Source: an uncultured virus (IMG/VR IMGVR_UViG_3300020048_000013) (Duplodnaviria; Heunggongvirae; Uroviricota; Caudoviricetes). From it: a stretch of DNA of 20,000 nt. Where the stretch lies: IMG/VR virus record IMGVR_UViG_3300020048_000013; one strand, written 5' to 3'. The notes below the pieces were generated by a model. The model did no database searches, was not told the DNA's origin, and saw only the letters and a list, made by a program, of their open reading frames with translations. The translations under genes and the position numbers were made by a program. How positions within the stretch are numbered: the stretch's first letter is position 1; each line of letters opens with the position of its first letter. Positions 1-8,506 of the stretch are shown here, in pieces.

Positions 1-14
1 TTCTTACTTTCATT

Positions 15-659
15 TTATTCTCCTTTATTAAAATATAGTAATGTAGGGCTATCTTTTTTGATATCATCTTTCTTCATAATCTTTCCTGTTCTTTCTTCCC
101 ACAGTTTACGAAAAGTTATTTCATCAAATTTTTTTGTTATGATATGATGACCGTTTACTGTAGGAACTACACACAAAATCTTGTCTCCCTGTTCTGTTGG
201 TCGAACATCTTTTAAAATAGTTACTAAATTATTAGAAAAATTAATAAATTCTACGGCATCACTATCATCAAAATCAATTATCCACTTTTCTTTTTTCTCA
301 TTATGATATTTACCACAAATAGAATCCCAAGCTCCTTTGTTGCCTTCATAGTTCTCTGTTTCAATGTTTTTAGCAACAGCAGATATAAGTTTCATAGAGC
401 ATTTTTCAAAGCTTCTTTTATTCAGCCAAAAATATACTCTGGCGTGTGTAGCATTAGCAACTCTTATAATATCCTCTTTTTTCTTATCGAACGCATCCAA
501 AGATTTTATGTAGTAATTTCTCACTGGAACATTATTACAATCAGTAGTCCAATCACCATGGTCATCTTTCTTTCGTCTGAATAAAGTAACAAAATAAAAA
601 TCATCTTTGCTTTCGAAATTTAAAAGAGTTCTTACTGTATCAAAATTATCAACTTTCAT
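15..659 (-). CDS. Phage-type hypothetical protein, possibly archaeo-eukaryotic primase (AEP)-like fold
   Basis: 214-aa ORF. KWIIDFDD (hhhDhD) and PTVNGHHIIT (T/SxxGhH) resemble AEP motifs I and II. Function is inferred. Confidence 0.5.
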   Translation of the reverse strand: MKVDNFDTVRTLLNFESKDDFYFVTLFRRKKDDHGDWTTDCNNVPVRNYYIKSLDAFDKKKEDIIRVANATHARVYFWLNKRSFEKCSMKLISAVAKNIETENYEGNKGAWDSICGKYHNEKKEKWIIDFDDSDAVEFINFSNNLVTILKDVRPTEQGDKILCVVPTVNGHHIITKKFDEITFRKLWEERTGKIMKKDDIKKDSPTLLYFNKGE

Positions 660-660
660 T

Positions 661-915
661 TTATCCCCACCATTTTTTATTCAAATATTTAAAAATATCT
701 CCGCCAAACACTGCAATCATAACTTCTTCGTATACATATTGATTATCATCGTCGTCTGGTTCTTCCGAATCTATGATATCTTGTGCTAACTTCTTGACAT
801 TACTCCAATCAATATCTGCTTTCATTTCTGGTTTTCTCATCTTTGACAATTCTTCATATTTTTTACATTCTTTTTCAGTAGCAAATACTTTTCCATCTTA
901 TGCAACATATTTCAT
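661..915 (-). pseudogene. Small phage protein interrupted by an in-frame TAA at codon 6 (nonsense mutation or sequence error)
   Basis: GGAGA RBS, then ATG at 913-915 overlapping the upstream stop (ATGA). Reads MKYVA*DGKVFATEKECKKYEELSKMRK..., in frame with the 661..849 ORF. TAA is at 898-900. Confidence 0.6.
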
Positions 916-1100
916 GTTATCTCCTTTTCTAATATTATTTCAAAATGATATCTCACGTATCCACGACCATCAAATTCATTACATAAATCTTGTTTTAAAT
1001 TTACCAATCTCCAACCTTTATGACCCTCAGTATTTAAAAAACCTGACATTTCAGGAATAGATAATGTTTTAATTACATATACATACTCATATTTTTTCAT
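912..1100 (-). CDS. DUF4177-like small protein
   Basis: MKKYEYVYV...LNTEGHKGWRLV matches the DUF4177 pattern (yEYk...Ln..G.eGWeLV) as recalled. Confidence 0.55.
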   Translation of the reverse strand: MKKYEYVYVIKTLSIPEMSGFLNTEGHKGWRLVNLKQDLCNEFDGRGYVRYHFEIILEKEIT

Positions 1101-1510
1101 TTATCTTCCTTTTCTAACAAATATTGATGATTATCTATTTCACACTCTACTTCCATATCTTTCATCCACGATTTTTTGACTCCTTTCATAACATAATGCG
1201 AAGATTTTATCGTGGGTCTAAAGTTGTTATCATACATATGAACAGCAATAATTAAAGAAATCATAAAATCTAAATTTCTTTTTTCAATTTTCTTCATATT
1301 ACCTTGTATCAGAATCCATTCATTATAACACGAAAATTGTTTGGGTTTTAAAATTATATCTGCATATGTTTTTGTGCTATCTTTTTTTACAATTTTATCG
1401 TATCTGTTTTCAATTACTGAAGCAACTGCAAGTTTTCCTGTAATAGATTCATGCAACGCTTCACTAAATATTGTGAATGCAATGAGTAATATTTGAAATA
1501 TTGCCATCAT
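1097..1510 (-). CDS. SleB-like cell wall hydrolase (Hydrolase_2 family)
   Basis: Motifs TIFSEA..ES..GKLAVASVIENR, IILKPKQFSCYN and C-terminal IDNHQY. Confidence 0.8.
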   Translation of the reverse strand: MMAIFQILLIAFTIFSEALHESITGKLAVASVIENRYDKIVKKDSTKTYADIILKPKQFSCYNEWILIQGNMKKIEKRNLDFMISLIIAVHMYDNNFRPTIKSSHYVMKGVKKSWMKDMEVECEIDNHQYLLEKEDK

Positions 1511-1533
1511 AAATCCTCAATTTTAATAAATTT

Positions 1534-2193
1534 TTACCACACCCATTCGTCGCCGCGTCTTGTATTTCCTAATATCTTTTTCTTTAGATTATCGAGTTCA
1601 CGAATAATCCCATCTTTTTGAAGTTTGAGTGTTTCATTTTCTTCTCTAAGTTTTTTAACTTCCGAATTATCATTCATTAATCCGAATGTTGTATTAATTC
1701 CATTTTTAAATATTGCCCATTTTGAGATATATTTATTTAATTCTAATCTTAAAGTTGATATAGTATCGTTTGCTTCTTTCAATCTTTTTTCTAATATTTC
1801 GATTGTTCCGAGTTTGGTACATTCGCCCATGAGACGTGACATAACATATTTTTGCTGTTCTCTTACTTTCCCAGAGCAAATTAATTGAAGTTCTTCTTCA
1901 AAAATATTACTGAGTAAGTAGCTGTGACGTTCGTTAATAATCTGATATTTAATATCATTCATTTCAGATGCTTGACATCTAGAAATACAATAGTCTTGAT
2001 TTTTGTAACGAACCATATCACCCCTTTCGTATTTAGGAATTCTTGTCAAATCTTTAAATAATACATAAATTCGTTCGCCATCTAACCTATCTACTACAGC
2101 CATCACACGATTTAGAACATACACATAACTAAATGATGATATAATTCCCTCAATACTTCCACATTTAACTTTGTCGCCTTTTTTGAAATTCAT
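1534..2193 (-). CDS. Hypothetical protein with two N-terminal KOW/SH3-like repeats and a C-terminal coiled coil
   Basis: FKKGDKVKC and YERGDMVRY repeats, heptad-rich C-terminus, GGAGAGA RBS and promoter upstream. Confidence 0.6.
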   Translation of the reverse strand: MNFKKGDKVKCGSIEGIISSFSYVYVLNRVMAVVDRLDGERIYVLFKDLTRIPKYERGDMVRYKNQDYCISRCQASEMNDIKYQIINERHSYLLSNIFEEELQLICSGKVREQQKYVMSRLMGECTKLGTIEILEKRLKEANDTISTLRLELNKYISKWAIFKNGINTTFGLMNDNSEVKKLREENETLKLQKDGIIRELDNLKKKILGNTRRGDEWVW

Positions 2194-2221
2194 TTTATCT
2201 CTCCTTTTTTAATTTTAAGTA

Positions 2222-2250
2222 AATATAAACAAAAAAAGGGCTAATGTCAA
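2222..2250 (-). promoter_or_regulatory. sigma70-type promoter embedded in a terminator hairpin
   Basis: Minus strand TTGACA (2250-2245), 17-nt spacer, TATATT (2227-2222). Confidence 0.75.
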
Positions 2251-2260
2251 GCCCTTTTTT
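2231..2260 (-). terminator. Intrinsic terminator after the PilX-like gene
   Basis: AAAAAAGGGCT-TGACATT-AGCCCTTTTTTT inverted repeat with a U-tract, 17 nt after the stop at 2278. Confidence 0.7.
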
Positions 2261-2277
2261 AAGTATTTTAAACATTT

Positions 2278-4056
2278 TTATTTTCTTATGACATCATTCC
2301 AATCATTTATCTTACCAAAAGTTGTAGTTGACCATCTATGATTTCTATTCAAACCATTTGGATCTTCGTTTGGATGATCTCCTGGACCACTACCACACAT
2401 TGGTGGCAAAGGCTCGTCGGGTCTTAAATATCTTTGGTCTTGAACAAAAGTCTTAGGCCACTTCTGTGCAGTATCACTTGGACCACTCATAATTTCCTGT
2501 TGGTTGAGAACCATTGTCGGTCCGATATTGATTAAATTCAAATTAGTTCCACCGACACCTTTGGCACTCAACTCACCAAATTTTGTTATATATGCCGTAG
2601 TAGAAAATATAAGTTTTTCATTCGGGAAGTAAATGGGCGGAACTGTTTTAACAAATTCTGCTTCTGTCATTCCTAAACAAGCTATTACAGCAAGGTGACC
2701 TTTTGGGTCATAAGTAATCATATCTTGCCAAATTTTAGTCAATAAAGCAAATGTTGGTTTCTCTAACAGTGAAGTAAATTGTGAATTTAAATAATTCTTT
2801 GTTGCTTCCATTTCATATAGATAAAAATTATCTGTTATTAAAACTTGGTCTTTTTCTGTTACTAAAGTAAAATCATTAGCAGAAACCCCTTGTAAGCTTA
2901 CTGTTCCATATTTTGCAGATACAGCTATGCCTTTATAAGCCCCTGAATAATCACCTATCTCAATAGTTTTAATAAGAGAAGATCCATTATATAATTTGGC
3001 TCTGGTTCTTGCTTGTCCACTTACAAAATAAGTTTCAATTTTTACTCCTACTGCACTACCAACAGCAAATTCCGAACCAATAAAATATGTTTTGTTCTGA
3101 GCTCCGTATTTAACAACATCTTCCCAAGTCCACACTACATTATCAAGGTTGAGTTCTTTTACATTCTTTTCATATCCGCCAAGCAATGAAGTGTTTGCTA
3201 AAGTCACTGCTTCTGCTTGATTAGAAACCTTTGCGGAATTTATACCCAATCCCAAACCATAATCATGAGTAGGGTTGAATAAATTACCATCATTTTTATA
3301 CCAAGAAGTTTGGTCTGCTGCAGATTTAATTTTTCCGTAGAATACAGGTCCTATTTTACCCGAACCAGTAATATAATCAAAATGAACTAATCCATTAAAG
3401 TAACATTGACCATATCTCGTGTCTTGTTCGTTAAATCTTCCTTTAACACCATGAAATCCTGCTCCTGCTAAGGTAGCGTTAATCAATTCGGAATTAATAA
3501 ACGGTTCGAGTTCGCCTTCGAGTAAATAATTATAAACATTCGACAAGCAAATATTAACTGATTGTCCTGTCTTATTATCCTTTGCATATGAATCTAAAAT
3601 CCAAACCGCTTGAGTAGGGAAGCCTTTTCGAGCCCCTTTGTAACGAGCATTATACAATGTATAATCTTCTGTATTCAATTCCAATATTTCGTTTTCTGTA
3701 TTTCCGAATAACAGAGTTGAAGGGTGTAAGTAAACTATATCATTTACTGCCATGTTCTCGCTTTTTGGAAACAGAGATGTGGAAAATTGTTTACTTGTTT
3801 CGTCGTAAGTTTCATTCCCCACTATATAAGGAACGTCGAATCTTTTTCTTGTGCTGTCACTTTGGTTTACCCACCATCTTACATTATAATTAGAAGCACT
3901 TTCTGCCATCCAATATAATTTCAGATTGTCGATATTAGTACTTGTTGCTCTTTGAGTATTTCCTACAAGTGCAAGAAATCCCATCGCCATAATCAATAGC
4001 ACTACGCTAATCATTATCGCCATAATCAAAGAAAAACCTTTTTGCTTTTTCTTCAT
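2278..4056 (-). CDS. PilX/GspK-like large minor pilin (prepilin-type N-terminus, DUF4900-like C-terminal region)
   Basis: Class III signal MKKKQKG|FSLIMAIMISVVLLIMAMGFLALV lacks E5, as is typical of PilX/GspK. It is followed by KLYWMAESA (PilX-N y..AEsg pattern). The C-terminus has FVQDQRYLRPDEPLPP (y.yD.R....PP pattern). Confidence 0.7.
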   Translation of the reverse strand: MKKKQKGFSLIMAIMISVVLLIMAMGFLALVGNTQRATSTNIDNLKLYWMAESASNYNVRWWVNQSDSTRKRFDVPYIVGNETYDETSKQFSTSLFPKSENMAVNDIVYLHPSTLLFGNTENEILELNTEDYTLYNARYKGARKGFPTQAVWILDSYAKDNKTGQSVNICLSNVYNYLLEGELEPFINSELINATLAGAGFHGVKGRFNEQDTRYGQCYFNGLVHFDYITGSGKIGPVFYGKIKSAADQTSWYKNDGNLFNPTHDYGLGLGINSAKVSNQAEAVTLANTSLLGGYEKNVKELNLDNVVWTWEDVVKYGAQNKTYFIGSEFAVGSAVGVKIETYFVSGQARTRAKLYNGSSLIKTIEIGDYSGAYKGIAVSAKYGTVSLQGVSANDFTLVTEKDQVLITDNFYLYEMEATKNYLNSQFTSLLEKPTFALLTKIWQDMITYDPKGHLAVIACLGMTEAEFVKTVPPIYFPNEKLIFSTTAYITKFGELSAKGVGGTNLNLINIGPTMVLNQQEIMSGPSDTAQKWPKTFVQDQRYLRPDEPLPPMCGSGPGDHPNEDPNGLNRNHRWSTTTFGKINDWNDVIRK

Positions 4057-4073
4057 AATTTCACCTCATTTAG

Positions 4074-4367
4074 TTAGTTAATCATATCTAATGCTTTTTT
4101 ATACTCCATATTATCTGGGTATAATTTTATTAAATTTTCTATTGCTGATATAATCATATTATATGTTTTTTCATTTCTCATACCCCTACCAACAATAGTA
4201 TAAGTAAATCCGTTTATTATTTCTTGTGCTGATAAGTTATAATCATTCACTTCTTTTAGTTCTGCCACTGTCGGATTTCTGTATGTGGTTCCTCTAAAAA
4301 TGGTTGGTTTGCTTTCCAAATTTTCTTTTATGAAACTTTCTTTGTAATCTTCAAATATATCTGTCAT
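4074..4367 (-). CDS. Hypothetical protein
   Basis: 97-aa ORF with AAGGAGA RBS. Confidence 0.65.
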   Translation of the reverse strand: MTDIFEDYKESFIKENLESKPTIFRGTTYRNPTVAELKEVNDYNLSAQEIINGFTYTIVGRGMRNEKTYNMIISAIENLIKLYPDNMEYKKALDMIN

Positions 4368-4384
4368 TATTTAATCTCCTTTAT

Positions 4385-4516
4385 TTACCATCTTAAATTT
4401 TCCCAACTACCCAAAAGAAATATAAACCAAACACCTACAACAGCAAGAGCTAAAATTACAAGACCACCGATAATTCCGAAAGTCCATAACAACCAAACAG
4501 GTATAATAATAGTCAT
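4385..4516 (-). CDS. Small single-TM membrane protein (not in the ORF track)
   Basis: MTIIIPVWLLWTFGIIGGLVILALAVVGVWFIFLLGSWENLRW*. The ATG overlaps the upstream stop (ATGA). Confidence 0.6.
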   Translation of the reverse strand: MTIIIPVWLLWTFGIIGGLVILALAVVGVWFIFLLGSWENLRW

Positions 4517-4773
4517 TTTACATCCTTATATTTTTCTATAAATTTGTAAATATCATCAATTGTTTCGACATTTTCAGAAATCCTCCAATAAGGATCTTCG
4601 TTGGTAGGTGTTTTGTGGGTATAAATAATTTTCCAATCATCTTCAGGTAAATACACAAATCTTTTACCATCCACTACCTTTGTAAAACTTTCGTTTATAT
4701 CCTGCATACTTGACGGATCAACCGAATGTTTTGTTGAATACTCCCATCCCTCTTTTTTTAATCGTTCTCTCAT
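4513..4773 (-). CDS. Hypothetical protein
   Basis: 86-aa ORF, tightly packed with its neighbours, AAGGA RBS. Confidence 0.65.
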   Translation of the reverse strand: MRERLKKEGWEYSTKHSVDPSSMQDINESFTKVVDGKRFVYLPEDDWKIIYTHKTPTNEDPYWRISENVETIDDIYKFIEKYKDVK

Positions 4774-5385
4774 TTAGTCAGTATCCTTTTTTATATAATG
4801 ATAATTCTCATAATCCTGTAATCTTTTTATATATTTCATGGATTCTCCGCATTTACCACAAACTTCACCCATCTTATCACTATCGGAATGTTCATATACA
4901 TACCTACACTCGTCACAATTTTCAATTTGTTTATTGACAATTTCTATTACTTTATTTTTCTCTATTTTAACACCTTTTACTACATAAGCAAAAAATATAT
5001 CAGAATCATATCCGCTTTTTCCTCTTAGGTCACCGACCCAAACAACTTGCTCTCAGAAATATGTAATATGCGAATACCCCATTTCCTTTGCTTCTTTTAT
5101 CAAACCATTAAAAATTGCTTGTCTGTCGGATTTAGGCAAGGAATACCAACCATACTCTTTTTTAAAATCTTTAACGAAACCGTCTATCGTTTTATGTTCA
5201 TCTTTATTATGATAACTATAAACATCATCATATATAATAGGAGGGCTGATTGTTCTTACAGCACACATCTTTTCTCCTATAGCCCAATAAGGTTTTCCGT
5301 CTATATACCCACAAGGTTTTTCCAACTCTATAATATCTTCTGAAAATTCATAATCTTTAAGATATATTTCTACTTGTTCGCTCAT
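4774..5385 (-). CDS. Hypothetical protein with an internal in-frame TGA (5053-5055) and a C-terminal CxxC...CxxC zinc ribbon
   Basis: The 110-aa track ORF continues in frame past TGA for 92 codons (EQVVWVGDLRGKSGYDSDIFFAYVV...CDEC...CGKC...KKDTD) to TAA at 4774-4776, which abuts the next ATG. Confidence 0.6.
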
Positions 5386-5403
5386 TTTCCATCCCTTTTA
5401 TTT

Positions 5404-5901
5404 TTACCATATTATGCCGTCTGGGTTTGTTCTGCAATAGAAGGCATTAGTTATATTCGGAATTGTTAATGTTCCACTTGGGTCAATCATAGAAATTGAT
5501 AAATCTATTTCGACCTTATGATATGCTCCTGTTATACTTGTTTTAAACGCGTCATTTATATTGTTTATTTCAAAAGCCTCTGCCCCAATTAGTAAGAAGT
5601 CATTTGAATTTCCATTAGCCGACAATCGCATTATCTTTTCGTTTTGAATAGTCCATTTAGTTATGGTTTTATCTGCATTAAGAATTGATAAGGAAGAGCC
5701 ATCAGATTCCAATTTAGCCCCGCCTTTAACATCTCTACCAATATCCATCATAAGTCTCTGAACATTTGAAGATAACATTGCTTTTCTTGTACTGTCTGAA
5801 CTAATACTGTTTGAATTAGCAATAACATTAACTATTCCCAAACCAAGAAAACCAACAATCAATGCTACGACCATAACCTCAATTAGTGTAAATCCTTTCA
5901 T
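5404..5901 (-). CDS. PilW/GspJ-like minor pilin (prepilin N-terminal cleavage/methylation motif)
   Basis: MKG|FTLIEVMVVALIVGFLGLGI, followed by the helix VQRLMMDIGRDVKGG (PilW/GspJ l..i.rDlr.a pattern). Confidence 0.75.
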   Translation of the reverse strand: MKGFTLIEVMVVALIVGFLGLGIVNVIANSNSISSDSTRKAMLSSNVQRLMMDIGRDVKGGAKLESDGSSLSILNADKTITKWTIQNEKIMRLSANGNSNDFLLIGAEAFEINNINDAFKTSITGAYHKVEIDLSISMIDPSGTLTIPNITNAFYCRTNPDGIIW

Positions 5902-6158
5902 TTTTTCACCATATCGTTAAGTATTGTAGATATAATTTTAATATACTTTCTTTCAGGGAATTTTTTGTTGGTGTCGTTTCCAATATTCCAATGTGAACGA
6001 GCAGTCATCAATAAACTTTTTTCTATATCCAATCTATCATTTTCTATATCTTCTACGGATATATTACCCTTAGATATCTGTCTTTTGAAATAATGATAAT
6101 CGTCATCATCAACACCATTAATGATACTTTCATATATTTCGTTTAATCCTTTTTTCAT
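5898..6158 (-). CDS. Hypothetical protein
   Basis: 86-aa ORF with ATGA overlaps at both ends. Confidence 0.65.
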   Translation of the reverse strand: MKKGLNEIYESIINGVDDDDYHYFKRQISKGNISVEDIENDRLDIEKSLLMTARSHWNIGNDTNKKFPERKYIKIISTILNDMVKK

Positions 6159-6508
6159 TTAAAAACTTCCTCTGGGTCTTCTAAACTATTCGTTCCGTCA
6201 AAAATACAACCTTCTGCTAAAAACTTCTCTATAAAATCATCTGGGGATTGTCCAGGATTTAATGTATGAACAATAAATCCGTTTTCTTCTGTAATTAATG
6301 AATCTTTTTCAGAAACAGCACCATTATATTTTGAACCATATTCCCCAGTAATCTTTTTAGTAACTGGGTCGACATCGCCCCAAGTTCTTTCAGTATAATT
6401 ACTTATGGTTTCAATATAATAATTCTTTCCCGTCTTCAAATCTTTAACAATACATCTTCCAGTTTCGTCTGTATTTGTTAAAAATTGTTTATTGAAGTTT
6501 TTATTCAC
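6155..6508 (-). CDS. Hypothetical protein (resembles a conserved large-phage family of unknown function)
   Basis: 117-aa ORF with DETGR...TGK.YYIE...WGDVDP.T...KY.G...DSLITEENGF. Family resemblance is from memory only. Confidence 0.6.
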   Translation of the reverse strand: MNKNFNKQFLTNTDETGRCIVKDLKTGKNYYIETISNYTERTWGDVDPVTKKITGEYGSKYNGAVSEKDSLITEENGFIVHTLNPGQSPDDFIEKFLAEGCIFDGTNSLEDPEEVFK

Positions 6509-6511
6509 TTC

Positions 6512-6922
6512 TTACTCCGTATCATTAGTGAAAGTTCTTGCTTTCAATTCATTTTTTCCGTTCACTTCTATCCATTCTACAGTTGCTTCAATTTCTGTCG
6601 TTGGAGTGGTTGGTGTCGGGTGTAATAGTCTTGTTGCTCTAAATGTCAACAAATATTCTCTCGATTGATTTTCTGCTAAATATTTTGTTATAACTTTAGG
6701 AGTTGTTGAATAAGGAATAACAAAATCCAACAATGCTGTTGCTGTTGATAGTCTTTGAATTTCCTCGAAGTGTTCGTTTATTATTAGTGATGCGTTTGTC
6801 AAATTAGAATTATGAATCTGTAATCTTTGACAATAAACAAACGACATTAACATCCCTGTTATTGTGATTACTAATATCAGGGATGTTACGAGTACTTCTA
6901 TTAATGTAAATGCTTTCTTCAT
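6512..6922 (-). CDS. PilV/GspI-like minor pilin (prepilin N-terminal cleavage/methylation motif)
   Basis: MKKA|FTLIEVLVTSLILVITITGML, then ASLIINEHFEEIQ and C-terminal EIEATVEW (PilV-like v.V.V.W strand). Confidence 0.75.
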   Translation of the reverse strand: MKKAFTLIEVLVTSLILVITITGMLMSFVYCQRLQIHNSNLTNASLIINEHFEEIQRLSTATALLDFVIPYSTTPKVITKYLAENQSREYLLTFRATRLLHPTPTTPTTEIEATVEWIEVNGKNELKARTFTNDTE

Positions 6923-6930
6923 ACTATTAT

Positions 6931-7371
6931 TTATAAAATAAATTTAAAGTTGACATTTGATTTTATATGACTAAAAAGAAATTTTCCGTCATTCTGTAGA
7001 GGAATTTCTAACGTAAAAACATACTTAGGAATATCTTCTTTACTCTTTACTGTCAAATTAGTAATCATGACTTTTATAAACTGTGCTTCGCAATAAGGAA
7101 CATTTTCCGATTCTATTTCAGAAAACATGACACTTGTGTTTATCGTTGTCTGATCACCAAAATCTACACTTAAAAATGGCATTGGTTGAATATTTAATAA
7201 TGTAGATGCTATTGCAGAATTAAATTCTGTTAAAGAATCATAATCAATATCATCAGATTCTAATTTAACTTTATAAATTTCGAATCTTTCTTTTTCTCCA
7301 CTACCATTAGTTTCTATTTTAGCACCAGCAGATACCGATGTTATTTTTCCTGTAAACATTTTATTAAACAT
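6931..7371 (-). CDS. Hypothetical protein
   Basis: 146-aa ORF overlapping the upstream gene by 8 nt. Confidence 0.65.
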   Translation of the reverse strand: MFNKMFTGKITSVSAGAKIETNGSGEKERFEIYKVKLESDDIDYDSLTEFNSAIASTLLNIQPMPFLSVDFGDQTTINTSVMFSEIESENVPYCEAQFIKVMITNLTVKSKEDIPKYVFTLEIPLQNDGKFLFSHIKSNVNFKFIL

Positions 7372-8472
7372 TATATTTCTCCAATTCTTCTTTACTGTTT
7401 TTTACTTTAAGATAAGATGATGCATTAGTAATACTATCCAACACTTCCATTTCTTTTTTAAATGGATTTAATATAATAGTCGGCATTATTCCAGACGAAT
7501 CATTGAATCCCAGTTGTCTTGTATATGGATCAGCGACCTTATAACTAGAAGGTCTAATTGCAACTCTTCTCTTGCCTTTCCAATTAAATAATTCCCAGGC
7601 ATCTTCATGATTATGAGCAACAATTACAATATCAGAATCATAAACACCATTTCTCAACAATTGTTTTGCACAATTTGTTAAATTTATGTTACTTTGATGT
7701 GAATATTTGTGTCTCATATAAAGCTCATAAGATACTCCAGAAGGAAATTCGAAAGTTATGAGATATTGATGACTACAATAATGCACTTTATTATCCTTCA
7801 CCAAATTTCCAACAATATCTATTCCAGAAACTTGTTTAGATCTCAAATCATGATTTCCGCCAACAACAGCAAGAATTTTTTCTGCCGTCATTGTATTAAT
7901 CCAATGAGTTAATAATGCAGTTTGTTCTTTTGGACTTGTCGTNNNNNNNNNNTCGTAGCATTAATAACTGCTTCCTGCATCTTAGAATTGATAAAATTAT
8001 CTATCAAATCTCCAGCATGAATTACTCCCAAATAATCGCTATTTCTGATAGCTTCAGCATCAATTCTCATTTTTTCATAATCACAACCTTCTCCGCCGAT
8101 ATGAGAATCTGATAGAACTACGATTCCAAAAAACTCATCGTATGGTAATTTCACAACAAGCTTATCATCTTTTTTCCAATCATCGATATATAATTTAGAT
8201 CGATATTCCATCTGTCTCCAAAATTCTTCTCTTTCTTCTTCTAAAACTTCGTCGGGTTTAATATTGTCTATAAAAGTAATAGGCAATCTTTTTGACTGAT
8301 TATTAATTCTCACATTATGTGACAATTTATTATCTTTTATACAACATCTGACTGATTCGGCAGTCGTTCCCAATTCCCTTGCTATTTTTTCATATTGTCC
8401 GTTTAATCCTAGGACCAATGGATTTTCTTTCAAATAATTCATCAATCTAATTTTCAAATCACCTTTTGCCAT
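7364..8472 (-). CDS. N-terminal HTH plus calcineurin-like metallophosphoesterase (one gene, split by the scaffold gap at 7943-7952)
   Basis: HTH-like YEKIARELGTTAESVRCCIK; phosphoesterase motifs SDSHIG, GDLID, GGNHD, RH and AHNH. TCGT is duplicated on both sides of the N-run, and collapsing it gives the in-frame junction INATTSPKEQTALLTHWINTMTAEK. Confidence 0.75.
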
Positions 8473-8506
8473 GCGTACTCCTTTTTTAATTATACTTATA
8501 AAAATA

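Noticed and set aside
2278..6922. Complete type IV pilus / type II secretion or conjugation locus
   Set aside because: No ATPase, platform, secretin, peptidase or major pilin is in the window; only minor-pilin-like genes are supported.
7943..7952. Apparent frameshift / split metallophosphoesterase
   Set aside because: It coincides with a 10-N scaffold gap with duplicated TCGT flanks, and collapsing them restores the frame. Assembly artefact.
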